Assembly (NCBI GenBank): GCA_017398125.1
Contig: JAFQHE010000007.1
Location: 13,186-77,185, forward strand
Length of the DNA: 64,000 bases
Origin: Bacteroidales bacterium
GTDB taxonomy: Bacteria > Bacteroidota > Bacteroidia > Bacteroidales > UBA932
Reading direction: 5' to 3'
The notes beneath the pieces are model-generated. The model was not told the DNA's origin. It ran no database searches and was given only the letters and a program-made list of their open reading frames with translations. Made by a program: the position numbers and the translations under genes. Shown here one piece after another: positions 26,368 to 34,704 of this stretch (positions within the stretch are counted from its first letter, which is position 1; every line of letters begins with the position of its first letter).

Positions 26368-27816
26368 TTACAGGCTGTCGCCAAAATCCTGTCTGAATTT
26401 GTGAACAATCTTGGAAGGCCAGTCTGATGTAGGCACAAGCTCTCCCATGAAGAAGCGCAATACACTTGGCTCATATGAGAATTTGAGACCACCTATAAGG
26501 TCTCTGTTCTCATATAGCCATGCAAGACGGTCCACAACATATTTTGTCTGTGACAACGTGAATACTCTTCTCGGGAATGCAAGTCTCATCAACTCTACAT
26601 CTGCAAGAATCTCATTGCCGTTCTCATCCCTTACACTTGACATTGTTCCACGTTCCATTCCCCTGACGCCCGAACATAGATAGAATGCTGCAGTCAAGGC
26701 TCCAGCAGGGTACTCATGTTGAGGAATGTGGCTACAGAAAGTGCCGGCATCAACGTGTGCTCCAAGTACACCTGGAGGTGTTACCATAGGTATACCGGCC
26801 TTAACGGCACTCTCAACACAATATTTGATAAAGTTTACACTTTGGCTGATCATTGTCTCATCAATTGTCTCATAGATACCTACAGCCATTGCTTCTATCT
26901 CCCTTATAGACATACCTCCGTATGTAAGGAATCCCTCAAATAGAGGAATAAGCGGTTCCATCTTCTTGTAGTAATCCTGACGGTTGGTACAGATACCACC
27001 ACCTCTTGATGAGGTGAGTTTTCTTGCAGAGAAATATACGAGGTCTGCAAGACCGGTCATCATTTTGATGATGTCGGCCATTGTATTCTCTTTCCACTCC
27101 TCTTCTCTCTGTTTTACAAGGTAGGCATTCTCTCCAAGCAAACTTGCGTCAAGAACAAGCATGATGCCGTATTTGTCGGCAACCTGTCTTACATCCATCA
27201 TGTTCCTGATTGAGAAAGGCTGTCCGCCGATGAGGTTGGTTGATGCCTCCATACGGATGAATGCAATATTCTCAGCACCCTCTGTTTCAATGGTCTGAAC
27301 TAGTTTGTCAATATCAAAATTGCCTTTGAACGGATTGTCTGAGCGTAAAATAAGAGCTTCATCCTTTACAAGTTCTATAACTTTTCCACCAACTTCGTTG
27401 ATATGTGCAAGAGTTGTTGTAAAGTGGTAATTTGTAAGTACTGTCTGACCAGGTTTGATGAAAGTGCGGGCTATGATGTTTTCGGCTGCACGTCCTTGGT
27501 GTGCAGGAAGGAAATATTTTTTGCCAAGGACTTCGTTTATACCCTTGACCAATCTTTCGAAAGATTGTGATCCTGCATATGCATCATCCGCGCGCATCAT
27601 TGCTGAGAGCTGGTTGTCGCTCATCGCATTTGTACCACTGTCGGTAAGCATATCAAGGAATACATCATTTGTACTCAATTTGAATGTATTGTAACCTGCC
27701 TCCTTTATGGCATCCCTTCTTCTTTCAATAGGAACAAGGTGCAGCTTTTGGACGATTCTTACTTTGTGCAGTTCGAGTGGAATATCCTCTCCCTGGAAAA
27801 ACTTAATGTGGGACAT
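26368..27816 (-). CDS. PLP-dependent beta-eliminating lyase (tryptophanase / tyrosine phenol-lyase family)
   Basis: 482-aa ORF colinear with the TnaA/TPL family: EAGYNTF, TDSGTNAMSD, HQGRAAEN, PLP-lysine region FSARK, YEPSVLRFF near the C-terminus. Confidence 0.85.
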   Translation of the reverse strand: MSHIKFFQGEDIPLELHKVRIVQKLHLVPIERRRDAIKEAGYNTFKLSTNDVFLDMLTDSGTNAMSDNQLSAMMRADDAYAGSQSFERLVKGINEVLGKKYFLPAHQGRAAENIIARTFIKPGQTVLTNYHFTTTLAHINEVGGKVIELVKDEALILRSDNPFKGNFDIDKLVQTIETEGAENIAFIRMEASTNLIGGQPFSIRNMMDVRQVADKYGIMLVLDASLLGENAYLVKQREEEWKENTMADIIKMMTGLADLVYFSARKLTSSRGGGICTNRQDYYKKMEPLIPLFEGFLTYGGMSIREIEAMAVGIYETIDETMISQSVNFIKYCVESAVKAGIPMVTPPGVLGAHVDAGTFCSHIPQHEYPAGALTAAFYLCSGVRGMERGTMSSVRDENGNEILADVELMRLAFPRRVFTLSQTKYVVDRLAWLYENRDLIGGLKFSYEPSVLRFFMGELVPTSDWPSKIVHKFRQDFGDSL

Positions 27817-27880
27817 AATATTAAGGAATTATAGTTAGTACTTATACCCTTGCGGGTAGTTCATTTTTTACAAAACTTCG

Positions 27881-27888
27881 CAAAAGTA
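27881..27888 (-). promoter_or_regulatory. candidate -7 box (TACTTTTG) for the lyase gene
   Basis: Exact TAnnTTTG on the minus strand, about 65 nt upstream of the ATG at 27816. Confidence 0.35.
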
Positions 27889-28092
27889 ATAAAAAAATGT
27901 AATTCCTCTGCATAATGTCATGATTAGGTCGTGATTGTCTTAACTGTTTAATAATTAAGTGTATGCAATATGGCTACATTCGCTATATTTACACCTTCGG
28001 GGAGAGTGTATAGAAGTTGTTTACATCATTTTGGCCTATTATATTTATCGGAAATGACCTTGAATGAACTAAATTTATTTATTCGTATTCAC

Positions 28093-28100
28093 TACATTTG
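28093..28100 (+). promoter_or_regulatory. candidate distal -7 box (TACATTTG) upstream of the pilus-operon leader
   Basis: Exact TAnnTTTG on the plus strand, 64 nt upstream of the first 17-bp palindrome. No clear -33 TTTG seen. Confidence 0.25.
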
Positions 28101-28163
28101 AGCGGGGAAAGCAATATTGGGTATCAACATTGCATGCAAGAATAGATTAATCTGTAATTTACG

Positions 28164-28180
28164 ATCTCTTTTTAAGAGAT
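28164..28180. repeat. 17-bp palindrome ATCTCTT-TTT-AAGAGAT (copy 1)
   Basis: Read directly: 7-bp arms around a TTT centre. The reverse complement is found at 28344-28360. Confidence 0.9.
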
Positions 28181-28343
28181 TGTAAGTAGCGTAAGATTCA
28201 TATTATCAGTATAATAATGTGAAATATAAAAAGTGTTTTGAAACATATGTGACCAACAAAAAATTATTTCTATACCTTTATCATATTGCCTATGCTTAAA
28301 CTTCTCAGAATAAGTCATATCAAAATCTGAATGGTCGGAATCC

Positions 28344-28360
28344 ATCTCTTAAAAAGAGAT
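28344..28360. repeat. 17-bp palindrome ATCTCTT-AAA-AAGAGAT (copy 2, inverted relative to copy 1)
   Basis: Read directly: the exact reverse complement of 28164-28180. Centre-to-centre spacing is 180 bp. Confidence 0.9.
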
Positions 28361-28440
28361 TTGATCGCGGGTTCGGAAATTTTTATAATTACACTAATAA
28401 AAATTATTGGTTTATTATTGAATTTTTAATGATTATTAGT

Positions 28441-28448
28441 TATCTTTG
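28441..28448 (+). promoter_or_regulatory. candidate proximal -7 box (TATCTTTG) for the pilus operon
   Basis: Exact TAnnTTTG, 52 nt upstream of the ATG at 28500. Confidence 0.4.
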
Positions 28449-28499
28449 GAACATGGATATATGATATCTCGTTCGTGAAATGCTAAAAAAATATTGATT

Positions 28500-29084
28500 A
28501 TGAGAATAAAAATTTATCTTCTGTTGCTTGTGTTGCCGTTTTTCGCAATAGGGGCCAAGGCACAGGATGTTGCAGTAAAGACCAATCTGCTTTATAATGC
28601 GACAGCTACTGTAAATGCAGGTGTTGAGTTCGGACTTGCACCAAAGTGGACTTTGGATTTGAGCGGTAACTTTAACGCGTGGGAAATCAGTGATGGAAAA
28701 AAATGGAAACATTGGATGGCTCAACCCGAGGCTCGCTATTGGTTCTGTGACCGTTTCTCAAGGCATTTTCTTGGAATACATGCTCATGGCGGACAATATA
28801 ACATAGGAGGTGTCAATGCTGATTTCTCAATCTTTGGAACTGACTTTTCAAAATTGAAGGATAGCAGATACCAGGGTTGGTTCGTAGGTGGCGGCATTGC
28901 ATACGGTTATGCACTTATACTTGGCAAGCATTGGAATATGGAGTTTGAAATAGGTATTGGATACTCATACACCAGATATGATCTGTTCGAGTGTGCCGGT
29001 TGTGGTAAAAAGGTAGGCTCTGACCTTGAGCACCACTACTATGGACCTACTAAAGGAGCTATAAATCTTGTATATGTATTTTAA
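28500..29084 (+). CDS. small outer-membrane beta-barrel protein (DUF3575-like)
   Basis: ORF 28494-29084 (TTG); ATG at 28500. Signal peptide; VAVKTNLLYNATAT...WTLDLSGNFNAW...QPEARYWFC pattern recalled as the DUF3575 family. C-terminal aromatic residue (VYVF). Confidence 0.75.
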   Translation: MRIKIYLLLLVLPFFAIGAKAQDVAVKTNLLYNATATVNAGVEFGLAPKWTLDLSGNFNAWEISDGKKWKHWMAQPEARYWFCDRFSRHFLGIHAHGGQYNIGGVNADFSIFGTDFSKLKDSRYQGWFVGGGIAYGYALILGKHWNMEFEIGIGYSYTRYDLFECAGCGKKVGSDLEHHYYGPTKGAINLVYVF

Positions 29085-29096
29085 AAGCGAAGAGAG

Positions 29097-30521
29097 ATGA
29101 AAAGGATTATATTGATTGCATTGGTTTGTTTGACTATGGTCAGTAGTGCAATTGCACAGACAGTTGTTCCTGGTGCCGGTGTCAGGGATCTCAATATGCA
29201 GCGTAATGGTAAATATATGACAGTCCAGATGGTATTTGATCTTAAGGATCTTGACGTCAAGTTCAATAGGGCGGTAATACTTACCCCGGTGATTAAGAAT
29301 GGTTCGGATTCTATAGAACTGTCATCTGTAGGAGTATATGGCAGAAACAGATACTACCACTACCAGCGTATCGGTATTGGCCAGATTACTGGTGAAGATG
29401 AATTGAGTTTCAGAGCATCAAAGATGCCTGATACTGTTTCTTACAGCTCAATATCCAATTATGCTGAGTGGATGGAAGGTGCAACTCTCTTGCTTAACCG
29501 CAAAGATTTTGGCTGTTGTTCAGATATTCTTGCAGATAATGATGGCGTTTTGTTGGATAAATACCGCACACCTGTAACTGACTATATCCCATTGTTGGTG
29601 TATGTACGTCCAGTTGCTGAGGAGCAGAAGGCCCGTTCATTGAGTGGAACAGCATATATTGACTTCCCTGTAAATATAACCCAGATCCGTCCGGATTACA
29701 GAAATAATAAAGTGGAACTTTCAAAGATTTCCGGCACTATTGATTCTGTTAATGATGATGAGGATATTACAATCAAAAATGTTGATATAAAAGGTTATGC
29801 CTCACCTGAGGGATCATGGGCCCTTAACGAAAGGCTGGCAAAGGGACGTACAGAATCTTTGAAAAAGTATGTTCAGGAGCTTTATAAATTTGCGCCTGAC
29901 ATGATAACAACATCTTATGAGCCTGAGGATTGGAGCGGATTGCGCAGATATGTTGAGGATTCAAAACTTGAAAGCAAGAAGGCTATTCTTGATATTATTG
30001 ATTCAAAACTCAATCCTGATGCCAAGGAGAGTCAGATCAAGAGCAAGTACCCTGAGGATTACAAATATCTTCTTGCTAGTTGTTATCCTGCTTTAAGGCA
30101 CTCTGACTATAGGATTGACTATGTCATCAGAGACTTTACCACCATTGATGAGATCAAGAAGATAATGGCTACAGCACCCCACAAGTTGAGCCTTCAGGAA
30201 CTTTACCGCCTGGCTCAGGAGTATGAAGTTGGAAGCGAGGAGTTCAACAATATCTTTGAAACAGCTGTAAAAATGTATCCGGCAGATGTTGTTGCCAATC
30301 TTAATGCTGCCAATGCTGCAATGGAGCGTAAGGATCTTGTAAGTGCCGAGAAGTATCTTGCTAAGGCTGGAAAATCTCCTGAAGCGACTTATGCCCGTGC
30401 AAATCTTGCAGCGATGCAAAAGAATTTTGATATGGCTGAAAAACTGTTTAATGAGGCAAAAGATGCTGGAGTAAAGGAGGCTGATGCATCAATTGCCAGA
30501 ATTATAGAGCTAAAAAAATAA
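29097..30521 (+). CDS. OmpA-like-domain protein with C-terminal TPR-like region (DUF3868-type position)
   Basis: 474-aa ORF with signal peptide. KGYASPEGSWALNERLAKGRTESLKKYV matches the OmpA C-terminal peptidoglycan-binding signature. Helical A/K/E-rich C-terminus. Confidence 0.65.
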   Translation: MKRIILIALVCLTMVSSAIAQTVVPGAGVRDLNMQRNGKYMTVQMVFDLKDLDVKFNRAVILTPVIKNGSDSIELSSVGVYGRNRYYHYQRIGIGQITGEDELSFRASKMPDTVSYSSISNYAEWMEGATLLLNRKDFGCCSDILADNDGVLLDKYRTPVTDYIPLLVYVRPVAEEQKARSLSGTAYIDFPVNITQIRPDYRNNKVELSKISGTIDSVNDDEDITIKNVDIKGYASPEGSWALNERLAKGRTESLKKYVQELYKFAPDMITTSYEPEDWSGLRRYVEDSKLESKKAILDIIDSKLNPDAKESQIKSKYPEDYKYLLASCYPALRHSDYRIDYVIRDFTTIDEIKKIMATAPHKLSLQELYRLAQEYEVGSEEFNNIFETAVKMYPADVVANLNAANAAMERKDLVSAEKYLAKAGKSPEATYARANLAAMQKNFDMAEKLFNEAKDAGVKEADASIARIIELKK

Positions 30522-30574
30522 TATTCCTTAATAGTAAATTTAGTAGTAAAATAACAATGTTAAATTAAATTATT

Positions 30575-32293
30575 ATGAAAAAACTATTATTTGCCCTTTT
30601 TGCAATGGCCGTAGTTATAGGCTGTTCAAAAAATGACAATGCTCCTTCTCCACAGGAGGCGAATGGTCAAGCTTCATTTTTGACTGTGAATTTCAAGTCT
30701 GCCGGTTCAATAACAAAGGCTCCGGAAGAAATGTTTGAGTATGGCTCAACTGATGAGAATGCTGTCAATAATGTAGTTTTCTATTTCTTTGATGAGAATG
30801 GAAACAAATATCCAGTTCAGGATATGCAGAACTTTATTGCTGGTAATGTGGAGGATTGGACAGCAAGTACAGATGAACCTGCAGTTTCAATTGAGAAGGT
30901 TTCAGGCTTGGTATTGGTTATCAAACAGGTTCAGGATGGTCAGATTCCAGCCAAAATGGTAGCTGTGCTTAATGCTCCTGCATCGTTGCAAAAATCAATG
31001 TCTTTGGCAGAGTTGCAGGATGAGGTCCTTACTGCTTTGACTATTCAGGATGATCAGAAAAATGATTACTTCATAATGTCAAATTCTGTGTATGTTGACG
31101 GTTCTGAAGTTGTCTATGCAACTGAAATTGATGAGACCAATCTCTTCTCTGCTAACGTAGAGCCAGGTGAGCCTGGTTATAATAAGCCTGGTACAATTCT
31201 TAAACCTGGTGAGGCTGGTGTTCCTGCAAATATAACACCAGTTGAAATTTATGTTGAGCGTGTTGCTGCAAAAGTAAGAGTTGCAGGTGCTGCAAATGTA
31301 ACATTGGATAAAATTCCTGTTCTTGATGAGCAAGGAAATCAATTGACTGTACCTGTAGAGGGTAGTGATGATGAGGTTAATGCTTATGTAAAAGTTTTGG
31401 GTTGGGATGTTACAAACAATACCTCTGAGGCTTATGCTATTAAAAAATTGAGTGCTACATATGATGATCTTGGTTTTACTCCTTGGAACTCTACTGATTT
31501 CCACAGATCATATTGGGCTGAGACAGATGCAGAGCCTATGCATAATCTCAAATTTGAGGATTTGATTGGTAGAAATTTGACACCTGGTTTCGCATATTAT
31601 TTTGAGAACACTAAGCCTGCTGCTGAGAATAACGGTGTAAACATCAATCCAAACGACACTTTTGAACCTTCAGCTGATGGTGTAAACAAGGCTTCACAAC
31701 TTTTGGTTGCAACCCAGTTGGTTGATGAGCAGGGTAATGTTTTGGCAATTGGAAGATGGTATGGCCAAAACTACACAGTACCGGCTCTTAAGGCTGCTAT
31801 GGTTGGAACTGTAGATCACAGATTGTATGTAAAGGATCCTGCTGATGCTACCAAATTCTTGGCTATCACTGCAGATTATGTTGAATTTGTACAGAGACCA
31901 CAAACAGATGCAGATTCAAGATACCTTGTATATATGACTGCAAAAGAGGGTGTTACCTACTATGATGCAACAGGTGCAGAAATTACAGCCACATCTTCTG
32001 AAGATGAGACCAGTGCTGCCTATATCCTTGAGCATGTTGATCCTGCACAGATTTGGGCTGACGGTTATGCGTACTATTATACAACAATCCAGCACTTTGG
32101 AGAGGCGACAGGTATTGTACGTAACCATTTGTATGATATCAAGATTGAGAAAGTAACAGGTTTCGGTACTCCTGTATTTGAGGACGGCTTTGTAATTACA
32201 CCTGAGAAACCTGAGGATATTGTAGCGGTTAACCTTTCAGCAAAGATCAATATCCTTTCATGGCATGTTGTTGAGCAGAGTGTGATTCTATAG
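30575..32293 (+). CDS. type V pilus major subunit candidate (Mfa1/FimA-superfamily lipoprotein)
   Basis: 572-aa ORF with lipoprotein signal MKKLLFALFAMAVVIGC. Size and position immediately upstream of an Mfa2-like anchor gene; followed by an intrinsic terminator. Confidence 0.65.
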   Translation: MKKLLFALFAMAVVIGCSKNDNAPSPQEANGQASFLTVNFKSAGSITKAPEEMFEYGSTDENAVNNVVFYFFDENGNKYPVQDMQNFIAGNVEDWTASTDEPAVSIEKVSGLVLVIKQVQDGQIPAKMVAVLNAPASLQKSMSLAELQDEVLTALTIQDDQKNDYFIMSNSVYVDGSEVVYATEIDETNLFSANVEPGEPGYNKPGTILKPGEAGVPANITPVEIYVERVAAKVRVAGAANVTLDKIPVLDEQGNQLTVPVEGSDDEVNAYVKVLGWDVTNNTSEAYAIKKLSATYDDLGFTPWNSTDFHRSYWAETDAEPMHNLKFEDLIGRNLTPGFAYYFENTKPAAENNGVNINPNDTFEPSADGVNKASQLLVATQLVDEQGNVLAIGRWYGQNYTVPALKAAMVGTVDHRLYVKDPADATKFLAITADYVEFVQRPQTDADSRYLVYMTAKEGVTYYDATGAEITATSSEDETSAAYILEHVDPAQIWADGYAYYYTTIQHFGEATGIVRNHLYDIKIEKVTGFGTPVFEDGFVITPEKPEDIVAVNLSAKINILSWHVVEQSVIL

Positions 32294-32369
32294 TAAATAT
32301 TTTTAGGGAACTATTTGCGAATGTGCGATTCAGTGGATAGTTCAAATAATATATGATATAAGAATGAAC

Positions 32370-32393
32370 GGCGGGGAGTACCCGCTCCCCGTC
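32370..32393 (+). terminator. intrinsic terminator after the major pilin gene
   Basis: ggcggggag-tacccg-ctccccgtc GC-rich hairpin followed by ttcttta, 77 nt after the stop at 32293. Confidence 0.65.
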
Positions 32394-32463
32394 TTCTTTA
32401 AATTTAAACGGGAATAGTGAAGTTGGCAGGAGGGGAATATTGTGCTGGGTGATAAGTGGGATA

Positions 32464-32471
32464 TATTTTTG
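32464..32471 (+). promoter_or_regulatory. candidate internal -7 box (TATTTTTG) before the anchor gene
   Basis: Exact TAnnTTTG, 80 nt upstream of the ATG at 32552. Confidence 0.3.
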
Positions 32472-32551
32472 CTTTTGAGCAGACATTTGGATTTGAAAAT
32501 TATACTGCATTGCAGTTCCATATATAGATAATACTAAAAAAAGATAACGAA

Positions 32552-33568
32552 ATGAAAAAATTATTATTTCTTGTCATTGCTCTTGCCGGGCTAATGTTCA
32601 CTTCTTGCGAGAATGTAATTTTTGATGATGAGGGCGATTGTTCTGTCAACTACAGAATAAAGTTCAGGTATGACATGAATATGAAATTTGCAGATGCTTT
32701 CAGCAATTCTGTATCTTCTGTGCATCTGTTTGCATTTGACCCGAGCGGAATACTTGTATATCATAAGACCGAAGCCGGTGATATTCTAAAGGATGAAAAT
32801 TATGCAATGGATGTGGATCTTGAACCTGGCAACTATACGCTTCTTGCCTGGTGCGGTCTTCAGGGCGGTGACTCATTCAGCCTGACCAACCAGATAACTG
32901 TCGGTTCTACAACTATTGAAGAGTTGCAGTGCGAAATGAAAAAGGAGTATGATGACAACAATAATGCATACTCTGATGATGATCTCAACTCTTTGTTCCA
33001 CGGTATTCAGGAGGTAGATCTTCCTAATGAGCCTGGAACACATACACGTACAGTATATCTCATTAAAAATACCAATACCGTAAGAGTCGTTTTACAGCAT
33101 TTGAGTGGTGTTGACATCTATCCTGAGGATTTTATATATGAGATTACAGATGACAATACCTATATGGCCCATGACAACAAAATAATTCCTGATGAGGAGG
33201 TAGACTATTATCCTTGGATTATATCTTCCGGTAGTGCCGGTATTTATGCCGATATATACGGAGTCAAGGCTACTCAAGTTAATGTTGCTGTTGCTGAATT
33301 TACTATCAACAGACTTGTAGTTGAAAACAATCCTGTACTTACAATTTATAATGCCAAAGACAACTCCAGGGTCCTTGCCATTCCTCTAAAAGATTATGCA
33401 CTATTGGTAAAGGGTAACTATAACAAGAAGATGGATGATCAGGAGTACCTTGACCGTCAGGATGAGTACAACCTTACATTCTTCCTTGATGAACATGGGT
33501 TGTGGTCTACCAGCAGAATTATAATCAATTCATGGCATATAGTTTTACAGAATCCGGATTTGCAATAA
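32552..33568 (+). CDS. FimB/Mfa2-family pilus anchor/terminator subunit
   Basis: 338-aa lipoprotein (LMFTSC). SCENVIFDDEGDC, FAFDPSGILV, YTLLAWCG and C-terminal IINSWHIV parallel the recalled P. gingivalis Mfa2 sequence pattern. Confidence 0.8.
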   Translation: MKKLLFLVIALAGLMFTSCENVIFDDEGDCSVNYRIKFRYDMNMKFADAFSNSVSSVHLFAFDPSGILVYHKTEAGDILKDENYAMDVDLEPGNYTLLAWCGLQGGDSFSLTNQITVGSTTIEELQCEMKKEYDDNNNAYSDDDLNSLFHGIQEVDLPNEPGTHTRTVYLIKNTNTVRVVLQHLSGVDIYPEDFIYEITDDNTYMAHDNKIIPDEEVDYYPWIISSGSAGIYADIYGVKATQVNVAVAEFTINRLVVENNPVLTIYNAKDNSRVLAIPLKDYALLVKGNYNKKMDDQEYLDRQDEYNLTFFLDEHGLWSTSRIIINSWHIVLQNPDLQ

Positions 33569-33577
33569 ATTTAATCA

Positions 33578-34687
33578 ATGAAAATGAGAATATCATATTG
33601 GGTTACAGCAGTAGTTCTTCTTGTGCAACTATCAACCTCCTGCATTTATGATAAGGAGCTTACAGATGTGCAAGAGAATGTCATTACCTCCAAATACATA
33701 TCCTTCTCTGTTAATGTAGCACAACAAGCAGCAGCAACAAGGGGAGATGACTATACTTGGGGTGATGATTATCCAAGTACGTTGGGAACTGCCTTTGAAA
33801 ATAGGATTCTTACAGGTTCATTGAATGTGTACGCGTATGACAATAATGGAAACTACGTTGCTACCGTTCAGAATATATCCTACGGTGGAACCCAGCAGGA
33901 TGAGGGTATATATGAATTTTTTGGTGTCTTGCAGAGCGAGACAGTCAATTCTGACATTACATTGAATAATGGGGCGACACTTATGCTGGTTGTAGCAGCC
34001 AATTGTGGAAGTGTTACAATCAGTAATGGTATTCCTGATCTTGATGGTCTCACCTTCTTGAATGCTTGGGATGCTTTTCTTTCTCAGAACAGTTCAATAC
34101 CAATGTGGGGTGCTAAAAGAGTAACCATAAGTGGTGATCCTATTCAGGATGTCGGTCAGATTGATCTTTTAAGGGCTTTGGCAAAGGTTGAAATATTGTT
34201 GGATGATGCGATTAAAGACAAGTATGAGATCACCTCAGCCAAATTGACCAAATCATATACTACAGGCTACTCTTTTCCAGGCAACTGGAATTTGACAGAG
34301 ACTCCTACTCTCCTTCATAAAAATTCATTCAGAGAGTATGGAGAGGCAGATGCATTAGTGAAAGATGTCAATATGTATCCAGTCAATTCAAGTTATATGA
34401 TTTATATGCCTGAGATTGACAATACAAATGATGATGTGAGAATTAACCTTACAATTAAGGACAAAACAACTGATAATGTCTCTTATGAATTTGAGGGGGA
34501 AACAGCTTTAAGGTTTGTAACCTATGAAAGCACTGGATTCCTTCCGGATTCTCCGGTACCTTTCAATATTGTCCGTAACCATTATTACAGATACATAATA
34601 AAAGGTGTCGGATCTGCTGATCTGCAAGTAATATGTGATGTGCGTCCTTATGCTGAGGTTAACCTCAGACCTGGATTCGGACTATAA
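33578..34687 (+). CDS. type V pilus accessory subunit lipoprotein
   Basis: 369-aa ORF with lipobox LSTSC; beta-rich composition; position after the anchor gene. Confidence 0.55.
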   Translation: MKMRISYWVTAVVLLVQLSTSCIYDKELTDVQENVITSKYISFSVNVAQQAAATRGDDYTWGDDYPSTLGTAFENRILTGSLNVYAYDNNGNYVATVQNISYGGTQQDEGIYEFFGVLQSETVNSDITLNNGATLMLVVAANCGSVTISNGIPDLDGLTFLNAWDAFLSQNSSIPMWGAKRVTISGDPIQDVGQIDLLRALAKVEILLDDAIKDKYEITSAKLTKSYTTGYSFPGNWNLTETPTLLHKNSFREYGEADALVKDVNMYPVNSSYMIYMPEIDNTNDDVRINLTIKDKTTDNVSYEFEGETALRFVTYESTGFLPDSPVPFNIVRNHYYRYIIKGVGSADLQVICDVRPYAEVNLRPGFGL

Positions 34688-34704
34688 ATTAAATTGTCGG
34701 AAAG

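Noticed and set aside
28164-28360. The two 17-bp palindromes as simple intrinsic terminators
   Set aside because: The stems are only 7 bp and AT-rich with 3-nt loops, and neither copy is followed by a T-run in the relevant orientation. They lie upstream of genes, not downstream.
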